Source of the DNA: Planctomycetota bacterium
Lineage (GTDB): Bacteria > Planctomycetota > Planctomycetia > JALXBF01
Direction: 5' to 3'
Assembly: GCA_026991575.1 (NCBI GenBank)
Contig: JALXBF010000065.1
Span: 62,001-126,000, forward strand
Length of the DNA: 64,000 nucleotides
The notes beneath the pieces were generated by a model, which saw only the letters and a program-made list of their open reading frames with translations, had not been told where the DNA came from and did no database searches. Position 1 is the first letter of the stretch; every line of letters begins with the position of its first letter. Below, piece by piece: positions 45,548-56,400 of the stretch. A program made the position numbers and the translations under genes.

Positions 45548-46933
45548 CTACTCTACGACGCTCACTCTCTGTCCCGTCGTAAGCTTGCCGGCGCCGGCGC
45601 GCACAATGCGTTCCCCTAGGCTCAACCCTTTGGAAATCACCGCCAATTTGCCGGTGTCGTATGCCACGATCACATCGCGCCGCTGGATGGTTCCATCTTT
45701 CTGCACCACGAAGACGAATGACTGGCCGGTCTCCGCGTCGCTCAGCAGTGCGGTGGATGGCACGACCGGGGCGTCCTTGTACCGTTCTAACTGAACGGTC
45801 ATGTAGCCGAACGTGCCGGGCAGGAACACGAACTGGCCGTTCTCCGCGGGCTGGTTATCGATGTGCACTTCCACACGCATGAGTCGCGTGTCGCGTTCGT
45901 AAGCCGGTGCGATCCGTGTTACGCTGGCCCGGACCGAGACGTCGGGTGCGGACTTGAAGTCATGTAGCACCACCGGGTCACCGATGTCCAGGTACCTGCT
46001 GTCACCCACCGGGACATACGCGACAACGCGCACCCGGTCGATGGATGCGAGGCGGATCAGTGGCTTGGCGGAGCTGTTCGAAGCGGCCGGCAGCGCGAAG
46101 TCTCCCGGATGAACCAACCTGCGCACGATCCGTCCCGGCCACGGTGCTCGCAGGGTCGCGTATTCGACCAGTGCCCTGGTCTTGCGTAGCGCGGCCGTGG
46201 CCACGGCCAGATCCTTCTGGGCTGCGGCCACGGCAGCCTCCTGGCTTCTTACCGCGGCCTCGGCTGCGGTAACGCGGGCTTGTGCTGTGGCAGCAGCTGC
46301 TTTGGCGGCTGCCAGGGCGGCTTCGGCGGCTGCCAGCTCGTAGCGGGCCTCGTCCAATCTCCGCTTCTCGATGGCGGGGGCACCTTCCAGGAGTTTCTGC
46401 CACCGTTCGAACTCGGCTTTTCGCAGCTGCACGAGTGCCTCTTGTTCAGCGACGCGAGCTGCTGCCTGGTCAGCCTCCGCGCGGGCCACTGCCAGGTCCG
46501 CCTCGGCCTGGCTTCGCCGCAGCTGAGCCTGTTCCAATCGGGCTCGACTCCCCTCAACTTCAGCAGCCCGTTGTGCCAACTCGGCCTCCAGCTCCGGCAC
46601 GCTCAATCGGACCAACGCCTGACCTTTCTCGACCACGTCCCCTATGTCCACGGTTACCTCGGCCACATAGCCGGCAATCTTCGCATAGAGGTCTGCCTCC
46701 ATGATTCCCTCAACCGTGGCCGGTAGATCGATAGAGCGCACGACGTCTCGGCTCTCGACCTCGACGACTTCAACGCGCACCGCTGTCTCGTCCGCGCGAC
46801 TGCCGGCATCAGAAGCGGCAACCGCCGAGCGATCAGCGCCTGAAGGCGACTGGTCGGGTTGGCCACAGCCGGTTGTGGCCGTGATCAAGACAACTGCCGC
46901 GGTGAGCCAACGGCTGTCGATAGTGCTTTTCAT
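45548..46933 (-). CDS. RND efflux periplasmic adaptor (membrane fusion) lipoprotein
   Basis: Lipobox-like ATTGC; LYAKIAGYV..V.VDIGDVVEKGQ; long Ala-rich coiled coil; LRAPWPG; GL..GERIV. ATGA overlap with the permease stop. Confidence 0.9.
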   Translation of the reverse strand: MKSTIDSRWLTAAVVLITATTGCGQPDQSPSGADRSAVAASDAGSRADETAVRVEVVEVESRDVVRSIDLPATVEGIMEADLYAKIAGYVAEVTVDIGDVVEKGQALVRLSVPELEAELAQRAAEVEGSRARLEQAQLRRSQAEADLAVARAEADQAAARVAEQEALVQLRKAEFERWQKLLEGAPAIEKRRLDEARYELAAAEAALAAAKAAAATAQARVTAAEAAVRSQEAAVAAAQKDLAVATAALRKTRALVEYATLRAPWPGRIVRRLVHPGDFALPAASNSSAKPLIRLASIDRVRVVAYVPVGDSRYLDIGDPVVLHDFKSAPDVSVRASVTRIAPAYERDTRLMRVEVHIDNQPAENGQFVFLPGTFGYMTVQLERYKDAPVVPSTALLSDAETGQSFVFVVQKDGTIQRRDVIVAYDTGKLAVISKGLSLGERIVRAGAGKLTTGQRVSVVE

Positions 46934-49900
46934 GCCTGGTGCTGCTCCAGCTTCGTCGGACGGTGCCACGAATCAGCCAGCGCGTAGAGGCAGGGCACGA
47001 CAAACTTCGGGAGCAATGTGGCAGCAACGACGCCGCCAACGATCGCCCGCGCCATGGGCACCTCAGCCTCGCTGCCCGCAATGCCGATGGCCAGCGGCAG
47101 AAGGGCCATCAGCGTGGTGATTGACGTCATCAGGATGGGGCGAAACCGGACCAGGGCGGCATCGTAAACGGCCTCCCGGTAGGATGCCCCCTCGCGCACG
47201 CGCCGTTCGGCGAAATCCAGGAGCACGATCGAGTACTCAACCACAATACCCAGCATCATGATGATGCCCATGAACGAGGAGACGTTCAGTCGGGTGCCGG
47301 TCAGCCACAGCAACAGGGCCACACCGATCAGCCCCATCGGCACGGTTGCCATGACGACGGCCGGCGTGAACAGGGACCGGAACGAGCTGACCATGACCAG
47401 GTAGACCAGTACGCCTGCCAGCACCAGCCCGAGGCTGAACTGGCGAAACGCCTGGCGCATCGTGCGCACCTCCCCGATGTACTCCAGCGAGTACCCTTTG
47501 TTCTGCCACTTGCCCCCCACCTCGTAGTAGCGGCCGCGTTCCGTGCGCCGTGGCACCAGGCCCAGGGTCTCGTCCTGCTCCAGAGCACGTTCGATTGCTG
47601 CCACGACGCTGCCAACGTCGTACTGCGGTGGCACGTTTGCGTAGACGTCGACCGTGCGTGTGATATTGCGGTGCGTAACCACAGCTGGACCGGTGCTACG
47701 GCGGATCCGTGCGACGCTGCGCAGCGGCACGGTCCGTTCACCGTGGCCGCCTCGGATGGGAATGTCCAGCAGGGTGTCCAGGTCGACGATGTCTTCCTCG
47801 CGATACTGGACCCCGATGAAGTAGTGATTGCCGTTGCGTTCGTCGATCCAGAAGGCAGGCTCGAAGTTGATCGAGCTGTTCGTCGCACTGACAAGGTTCT
47901 TCATCACGTCTTCGGTGGTGATCCCGAGCGAGGCGGCTGCGAGGCGGTCGATTTCGACTTCCAGCGTGGGGTTGTCCAGTCTCTGGTAGATTCGCACGTC
48001 AACGGTACCCGGTACGCTGGCCACGATGTCGCGTACGCGGCGGCCGATTTCGTAGAGCTCCTCAAGCCGCGAGCCGGTAACCTGCAGGTGGATGGGCGAC
48101 GGCTCACCGAGGTTCATCGCCGCAGTTAACAGCCCCCCCGTATCGAACGCGAACTCAACCCCCGGGAACCTCCGGTGAAACTCCCGGCGAAGCCTGGCTA
48201 CATACTCGAACACTCCAGGCATGCCCTGCTTCCGCTTGAGCTGGACCAACACGAAAGCGTCCATAGGGCCGGTGTTCGGCGTGTAGGCGGCAGGCCAGTC
48301 CATGAGAACGCCGATGTTGGAGATAAGCAGCTGCAAGTTAGAGTCCGGGTGGTGCTCTTTGCCCTGGGCGTACGCAGGGTCCGGCCGGCCGATCGTTTCG
48401 ACAATCACCTGCTCGACTTCCCTGATCAGCTCTTCGGTTTTCTCGATCCGGGTACCGGCGGGCAGTCGCACAAAGACGGTAAACTGGCCGCTGTCGATCG
48501 GCGGAAACAACTCGGCACCGACTCGGCCCAGCAGCCAGACGCTTGCGGCGACGAGCAGCACCGTGACGGCAAGCACGGGCAACTTCCGGTCCAGCGTCCA
48601 GTTCAGCAGCCGGGCGTAGCCACGGATGACCGGCTCCAGCCAATCGGACTGCCGCCGCGTGGCGCGGGACGGATTGTCCGGCCAGATCAGGTAGGAGGCG
48701 GTTGGAACGAAGAACAGCGCGATCAGGTACGCGGCGAGCACGGCGAACGTGACTGCCACGGCGAGGGGCGTAAACAGGTAGCGGGCCAGACCGGACAGGA
48801 AGACCACCGGGTAGAACACGACGATGAATGTGAGAATGGAGATGCCCAAAGGAAGGGCAACCTCGCGGGCACCGTCGGCGGCCGCATCAAACGGTGGCTT
48901 GCCCAGGGTGCGGTGCCGTGTGATATTGTCGAGCACGACGATGGCGTGGTCGACCAGGATACCAACCGCCAGCGCGATTCCTCCTAGTGTCATTGCGTTG
49001 ATGGTGTCACCCGTGTAGAAGAGGCCGATGAACGTGGCAAGTACCGACAGCGGAATGGCCAGCGCGACGATCAGTGTCAGACGCCACTGGTGCAGAAACA
49101 GCCACACGACCAGCGCCGCCAGGGCTGCTCCCGCGGCCACGGCAAACTGGAGCCCCGCGATACTTTCGCGTACCAGCTGAGACTGGTCCATGATCACGTT
49201 CAACTGGAGCCCTTCCGCCTTCTCAGGTTCCAGCGTATGGATCCGCTGCTGGATCCGCTCCAGCCGCGACCGGATACTGTCCACGATAGCGATCGTGTTG
49301 GCGCCGGGTTGGCGGTAGATCGGGATGTACATCGCCGGCTTGCGGCCATTGATGCGGACGATATTGGTCTGGATCTGCGCCGAGTCGCGCACCTCGCCCA
49401 CGTCGCGCAGGCGTACGATCTGGTCGCCGTCCACCTTGATGGGCACATCGTTGAGCAGCTCAACCTGGGAGGGGATGGCGTTGGTGAAGATCTGGTAATC
49501 GGCGTCCCCCAACTTGGCGTTCCCTGCCGGGATGAGCACGTTCTGGGCTAGCAACGCACGCTGCACGTCGATCAGTGACAGCCCGTGAGCGACGAGCTTG
49601 TCGCGGTCCAGGTAGGCCAGAATGCGGCGCAGCCGGCCGCCGTAGACGGCCGGAGCGATCACGCCGCGAATCGACTGCAAGCGGTTTCGCAGCTCGAAGT
49701 AGGCAACATCGTAAAGCTCTTTCTCCAGCCGCTCGATGTCCTCCGGCGACCGGACGGGGCGGTTGCTTGAGACGCTAATCAGGCACAGAGGCAGCGGGGC
49801 CGTCGGGTCGAATGGCATGACCATGGGGGGGATGGTGCCAGGGGGGAGGTAGAACAGGTCGCTCATCGCGTAGCTGGTGACCTGGGAGATGGCCGTCTCA

Positions 49901-50193
49901 AGCGAGATGTTCTCGTGGAAGAAGTCCTTGACGACGCATACGCCGAGCATCGCCTTGGCTTCCTGGTGTTCGATGCCAACCGACTGGCCCGTCCATCGTT
50001 GCAGTCGGCTCATGATGTCACGCTCCATGACGACCGGAGGCATGCCCGGGTAGAAAGTGACGATCTGCACGGCCGGGGTGGTGTAGATGGGCAGCAGGTC
50101 TTTGGGGATCCAGAAGTAGTGGAACACGCCGAGCACCAACGTAGCGACGGCGAGGACGAGCACCAGGTGAGGGTTGCGCAGCACGGCGCGCAT
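46930..50193 (-). CDS. RND efflux transporter permease (AcrB/CusA superfamily)
   Basis: 1087 aa; GANTIAIVD, IPLSV, INAMTLGG, FTPLA, ELFPPIDSGQF, RFRPILMT, PMARAIVGG. Confidence 0.93.
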   Translation of the reverse strand: MRAVLRNPHLVLVLAVATLVLGVFHYFWIPKDLLPIYTTPAVQIVTFYPGMPPVVMERDIMSRLQRWTGQSVGIEHQEAKAMLGVCVVKDFFHENISLETAISQVTSYAMSDLFYLPPGTIPPMVMPFDPTAPLPLCLISVSSNRPVRSPEDIERLEKELYDVAYFELRNRLQSIRGVIAPAVYGGRLRRILAYLDRDKLVAHGLSLIDVQRALLAQNVLIPAGNAKLGDADYQIFTNAIPSQVELLNDVPIKVDGDQIVRLRDVGEVRDSAQIQTNIVRINGRKPAMYIPIYRQPGANTIAIVDSIRSRLERIQQRIHTLEPEKAEGLQLNVIMDQSQLVRESIAGLQFAVAAGAALAALVVWLFLHQWRLTLIVALAIPLSVLATFIGLFYTGDTINAMTLGGIALAVGILVDHAIVVLDNITRHRTLGKPPFDAAADGAREVALPLGISILTFIVVFYPVVFLSGLARYLFTPLAVAVTFAVLAAYLIALFFVPTASYLIWPDNPSRATRRQSDWLEPVIRGYARLLNWTLDRKLPVLAVTVLLVAASVWLLGRVGAELFPPIDSGQFTVFVRLPAGTRIEKTEELIREVEQVIVETIGRPDPAYAQGKEHHPDSNLQLLISNIGVLMDWPAAYTPNTGPMDAFVLVQLKRKQGMPGVFEYVARLRREFHRRFPGVEFAFDTGGLLTAAMNLGEPSPIHLQVTGSRLEELYEIGRRVRDIVASVPGTVDVRIYQRLDNPTLEVEIDRLAAASLGITTEDVMKNLVSATNSSINFEPAFWIDERNGNHYFIGVQYREEDIVDLDTLLDIPIRGGHGERTVPLRSVARIRRSTGPAVVTHRNITRTVDVYANVPPQYDVGSVVAAIERALEQDETLGLVPRRTERGRYYEVGGKWQNKGYSLEYIGEVRTMRQAFRQFSLGLVLAGVLVYLVMVSSFRSLFTPAVVMATVPMGLIGVALLLWLTGTRLNVSSFMGIIMMLGIVVEYSIVLLDFAERRVREGASYREAVYDAALVRFRPILMTSITTLMALLPLAIGIAGSEAEVPMARAIVGGVVAATLLPKFVVPCLYALADSWHRPTKLEQHQA

Positions 50194-50351
50194 TGCGTTA
50201 CTCCTGCGCTTCTGTGGCCGAGTCCATCATGGCGAAAGGTTCCGCGAGCCTCGTGGGACGGTCCGTGAGTGTGAACCTCTCTAGGTTACCATACGGCCGA
50301 CCTGCCCACGCAGGCCGACAAGCTGCGGTCGCGGCGTTGCCCACCACCGGC

Positions 50352-50381
50352 AAGAAAACCGGGGCCCACAAGGGGCCCCGG
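50352..50381 (-). terminator. Intrinsic terminator after the giant protein gene
   Basis: Perfect 9-bp stem CCGGGGCCC/GGGCCCCGG with a 5-nt loop, then TTTTCTT on the minus strand. Confidence 0.75.
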
Positions 50382-50419
50382 GGGAGGCGGGAGGAGAGTC
50401 ATGGCTGGTTGTGCTGGCG

Positions 50420-53400
50420 TTAGCGAGCACGTCGGACGATGTCACGCTCCACCGCCCTCGAATCGGGCAGGATGCGGTTCAGCGTGTCGTCCAGGATCAG
50501 GTTGTCGATGGCCGTGTCGACGTAGAGTGTATCGCGGCCACGACCGTCCATCACCACATCGCGACCGGCGCCGGACGTGATGATGTCCGCGGCCACGCCG
50601 CCCGAGATCAGGTCGTTGCCCGCACCGCCGGACAGCTCGTCGCGACCACCTTCACCGTAGATCTCATCGTCACCACCTTGACCGGCGATGATGTCGTTGC
50701 CACGACCGCCAAAGATGCGGTCGTTACCCGGACCGCCAAGGATGCGGTCGTGGCCGAAGCCGGTGGGCAGTAGTTCGTGGTCGCCGTAGATCGTGTCGTT
50801 GCCTCCTTGACCACGCAGGCGATCGTCCCCGTTGTTGCCGATCAGCGTATCGTCACCGGAACCGGCGTTGATCAGGTCGTCGCCTTCGCCGCCGACCAGG
50901 TAATCCGCTCCGGCTGCGCCGACCAGCACGTCGTTCCCGTCCCGGCCAACGACACGATCGTTGCCAGCATCACCACGCAGCACGTCGTTACCCGCACCGC
51001 CGGTGATCTCGTCGTCGCCGGCACCACCACGAACCACCGCCCGCATCGGCACGGCTTCGCCAACGGTCAGCTCATCATCCCCATCACCACCGAAGATCAT
51101 CACCCGGGCCAGCGGGCCCATGCCCAACAGGGCATCGACCAACGCGGCCGAGTACGGCGTATCCAACGTCAGACCGCCGCCACGGATCAGGATGTCCTTC
51201 GGATCACCCGTGTCCACGCCGCTACGGATCAGGTCATCCAGGTCGGTACCGACAATCTCCAGCCGCATCCCGACCCGGTTGACCATCTGCGTAATCGCCA
51301 GGTCATACAGTCCAATGTCATCCGTTCCCGGGGCAGCCACAACGTGCAGGTAGAACACATCGCCTTCGTTAGCGTAGAAGTCAACTCGGTCAGGCGGGCA
51401 GGCCGCCAGCGGGCAGGTGATCGGCGTACCAATGCTGCCCTCCGGGAAGACGTGGACATCCAAATCGCCACTGATCGTCGGATCAGTCGTCAACTGGACC
51501 GTGACGATACCATCCGTCGGTGCGACGAAGCGGTACCAGTCTTGATCGCCGAACGTGCGGGTCATCTGGCTGATGGCACCCCGCACCGACGTCCGGTTGT
51601 TCACCACGTACACCGGCAGCGTCGGCACCGCAGCGGTCGCCACCGTGTCGTTACGGCTCGGCGTGCTGTCATAGATGTCGTGGTTCGTGATGCGCAGTTG
51701 GTAGATGCCCGGGCCCGTCAGCGTCGTGATCCGGGCGAAGAACTCCTCACCCGCAGCGTTCACCGGCACCGTCACGGACCGCACAGCCCCACCGCCCGAC
51801 GCACTGCCGAGGACGACGCCGGAGCTGTTCAGAACCTCCAACAGCAGGTCGGAACGGCCCGGGTTGGCCACCGTGATCGTGAACTCGAACGTACCCGGTG
51901 CTGCCGCGGTCACACGGAAGACGTCCACGTCCACCTGCGGCTGCGTCGGAATGGTGAGATCCGGGATGATGATGTCCACAACGCGGCCAAGGTCGGCGGC
52001 CTGAGCCAGCGTGTCGTTCGGCTCATAGCTGTCGGGCACAACCACGTCGAAGACCGCCACAAAGTCACCGCCGGGCACGCCATCGCCGCTGGGGAACACA
52101 CCGGTGAACTCACCGTCCAACCGGTTGCCCGCTAGGTCCATGACACTCGTGTCACCTTCGATCGAGAAGGTGTAGCTGTCGTTCGGAAGCGGACTGGTCA
52201 GCGGGATGACGAGTGTGTTGCCCACCAGGTTGGACGGATCGATGATCATCAGGCCCGACAGATCGCCGTTCAGCGCACCGACCAGGCTGAAGTTGCTCGG
52301 AACGATCGTTGCCGGATCGATGTCGTCGGCATCAAACGTCACCACGATCTGGGTCGGATGGATGTTCACCTCCGGGTACGGATCCAGACCGGCAACCCGT
52401 GGCCCGGTGAGGTCGATAACGAAGTCCAGCGGATCCGAGATCGCCACGTTGCCCGCCTTGTCCGTCACCCGCACCCGAGCGACATAGCTGCCTTCGGCGA
52501 GCGGCGTAGTCACCGTAACGATGTACGCGCCGTTACTGTCGGTCAGCACCGTACCTTCCGTGAAGTCGCCGCCGACGCCTTCGATGTCAAGCTCCACGGT
52601 CAGCCCGGTTACGTCAGCCAGCGTGTCAAACGGCGCAATGTCACGCACCAGACCGACGAACGTCGGCGTCGTGTCGTTCGTGCGGCGAACCGGACGCGGC
52701 GTGCCGTCGTCCTCGGCCAGCTGCAGGGTGACCGTGGGGGCCTGCGTGTCGACCTCGATCGTCAGCGATGGCGGCGGGGCGAATGCCTCATTGCCAGCCA
52801 GGTCAACCACCTTGACCTGCACGTCATACGTGCCGTCGGCAACCGCCGGATCCACCGTCACGCTCGCCAACCCGGTCGCGTCGGTCACGCCAAAGCCATC
52901 GTCAAACAGACCATCACCGTCCAGTTCCAGGTAGACGCGGTTGCCTTCCAGCTGGCCCGGATAGTTGTCGGTCATCGTGACCAGGATGTGAGGCTGGTTG
53001 AGATTCGTGCGGTTGTCACCCGGGATGCCGGTATCGTCGTTGGGATCCAGCACGACCGAGAGGATGGTCGGCGGCTCAGCCTCGTACACGAACAGCCGCA
53101 CGAAGTTGCCGCCGGGCACTCCATCACCGCTGGGCAACGGATTCGCCGGGCCACCCGGACCGGGGAACTCGCCGTCCAGGGCCAGGAACACCGTGTCCTG
53201 TAGGCCTGCGCCACCGGTGGGCGATGCCCCGGCATAGACGGTCAGCCGGTACTGATCGAAGGCCGGCAGCGGGTCGAGGAACAGCTCCACCTGACTCCGC
53301 TCTTCCAGTCCGCCACTGGCGGGCAGGATCCGGTGATCCACACCCGTGAACGGGATGATGATGTCGTCGGCCGTGTCGAACGTCCGGTCCGGACCGGCTC

Positions 53401-56400
53401 CGCGCAGCTCGTAGTTGTTGAGGTTGGTCACGGAGTGGCCCGGATCGTCGGTCCGCATTACCTCGCTGAAGGTCAACACGATGCTCGGCGGCGAGACGTT
53501 CGTGCCCGAATCGGGCTGCATTTCGATAATCGTCGGCGGGGTCGTGTCGACGTAGACGGTCAGCGGCGGGAAGCGGACCGGGTCGAGACGCGAATCGGTC
53601 ACGTTGCCTGCCCGGTCGATCAACTGCCCGTGGATCACGTGCTCGCCGTCAGGCAGCGCGACCGTTGCCGTGATCGACCATTCGCCGATGCCGTCGCCGT
53701 CCGGATCGACCACGACGGCTTCGCCGTCGTCGTATTCGCCGTCTCCATCCACATCCAACATGATCTTCGGCAGCGGCTCCGGTTGGTCCGTCGGCAGGGC
53801 GTTGACGTCTTCCTGCACGGACGGGAATCCGGGGAACGGATCGATCACCGTACCGGAGAACTGCAGGATCGTCTCGCTAGTGCGGTTGTCGCCGGGCACG
53901 CCAGTGTCGTTGTCCAGCACGAACGACGTGACCCGGGCCGGTTCGGTGTCAACGTCAATCCACAGCGTCTTGTCCGTGCGGTTGCCCGTTGGATCCTGCA
54001 GCCGCACGGTGATCGGGATGACCTTACCGTCGTCGATCGGCACGATTGCCGAGATCGCGAACGACCCATCGGGCTGGACGAACACGCCCGGCTCGCCGTC
54101 GATGAAGTCACCGTCGCCGTCGACGTCCAGCAGTACCTGGATGCCGTCGAGCGAGTCGGGTAGCGGATCGAACAACTGCCCCACAAAGCGAGGCATGTTG
54201 TTCTTGGTTCGCTCAACGCCACCCACCAGTGCCGACGGCTCATCAATGCCCGTGTCGTCGGCCGGGTCAAGCGATACGCGCACGTTCAGCGGCACGGTAA
54301 AGCTACCCGGACCACCGGCGATGACGGGGTTGTCGAAGATGAAGTCCTCGTCGTCTACCTCACCGTCGCCGGTCGGGAAGCCGAACTGCGAAGGATACGG
54401 GCCAGGACCTGGGAAGTCGCCATCCAGCAGGTTGCCCGCTTCATCCTGCATCGCTCCTGGCGTCGGATCGGTCGTGGCGTCGATCGAGAACGTGTACACC
54501 TCGGGCCGAATCTGGTCGGTGTTGAGATCGATCAGGATCCGGCCGCCCGGATGGTTGGGCCGCGGCAGGTTGTCATAAACCAACTCACCCAGCATCAGGC
54601 CGGTGACGTCGCCACGAACATTGCCAGTCAGCGTGTACAGGTCGCGGTTGAAGATACTGCCGACATAGAACTCGTTGACCGTTGCCACCTCATCGATCGC
54701 GTCACCGTTCCAGTCGCCGAGCACTGGGGTATCGCCGAAGGTGCCGAACGGCCGTACCGGGTCGTCGTCCTGCTGGTTGTTGTTCTCGTCCAGGATGAAC
54801 TCTGACGAGGTCACGACGTACACGCCGACGTCATCACCCGGTGCGGCGTTGAACGAACCGGTCAGCGGCAGAGCTGCTGCCGGGCCGAATGGGAACTCCA
54901 CCTCGCCGGTCGTGTCACGATCGCCATTGCTGTCGAGCAGCCAACGGAGTTCGTTGGCGCCAAAATCGGGCGTGACAACACCGATTTCATCGACGCCGTC
55001 GTTGTTCCAGTCACCCACGACCGGCATGTTCTTCGGGTCGCCCAGGCCGAAGGTGAAGACGGCCGGAGCGTAGTCGAGACGGCCGTCGCCATCGATGTCC
55101 TCGACCGGGTCGAGCACGCCGTCACCGTCCAGGTCCTCATTCGGCGTTTCGTCGCCGTCGCCGTCGATGTCGAGCCTGAAGGTCGAGGTAACCGGGTTGT
55201 AGGTACCAATGTTCAGCGCACCGTCGCCGTCCCAGTCACCAATGATCGGGATCTCATCGGCGCGGCCGAAGACGCGGATAGCGGGCGAGACGTCAAGCCG
55301 ATCGTCCAGATCCAGATCCTCGCCGAAGTCGAGCTCGCCGTTGCCGTTCGTATCCTCAGTGGGCGTTAGGTCGCGGTCACCGTCGAGATCGACCAGCCAG
55401 AGGATGTTGTTGTTAGCCACGTCGAAGCGAATGACGCCCAGTTCGGCCAGGCCATCGCCGTTCCAGTCGGCGACGATCGGCAAGTCGCCCGCGTTCGGGT
55501 CGAGCGTTTCTCCCGGGTCGACCTGCAAGTTGCCGTTCGTGTCGGTGAAGAAGCCGAAGGCGAACGTCTCACCGATCTCGCGCGACAGGTTGTTGTTAAG
55601 GTCAACAACCCACAGGGACCGCGCCGGATCGAACGAGACCGTGCTGTCGATGCCGTCGCCGTCGAAGTCACCACTCAGGAGGCTAGACAGGTACCGCCCC
55701 AGATAGTCGGGTGCACGATCGCCGTCCGAATCGGGCCGCGGGTACGCGCCGGGGGCGCCCAGGAAGATATCGGTCTCGGCCGGATCAACCGCGAAGTTGC
55801 CGTCCAGGTCGATGGTCCAGTTCTTGCCGCGCGAAACCAGCATCGGCTCGCTGACGCCGATCTCGATCTCGCGCATCTCATCGAACGTGCCGACGTTGTC
55901 CGTGCCGTCGCCGTCCCAATCACCGACGACCGGCGGATCGCCTTCGGCACCGAACACGAAAGCCGTGTCGTCAAACGCGCGGTTGCCATTGCGGTCCAGG
56001 ACCCAGACCGACAGGAACGGATTGAAGATGCCAACCTCGTCGGCTCCGTCACCGTTCCAGTCGCCCACGACCGGCTGACGACCCTGTTCACCGTAGTAGA
56101 ACAGCTCGCTGGGTTCCAGCACCTGGTTGCCGTTAAGATCCAGGCCAAAGATGCCGTCGATCAGTCCGTTCCCGTTGATGTCCTCGCCCGGATCCAGCAG
56201 CCCGTCGCCGTCGCGGTCTTCGCTACCGAAGATCCCGATCTGAGTGATGCCGTCGCCATCCCAGTCGCCCACGATGGGCGTGTCACCGGGCACGCCGAAA
56301 GGCACGGTGCCGTCGTCGGCGACTCGGTTGCCATTGCTGTCCACGATCCACAGCAACTGGCCGGTGGTGGGATCCGGGTAAGCGAGCGCGATCTCTTCAC

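Noticed and set aside
45548..50193. RND pump as the secretion system for the giant RTX protein
   Set aside because: RTX export uses ABC-type T1SS, and a terminator (50352-50381) separates the genes.
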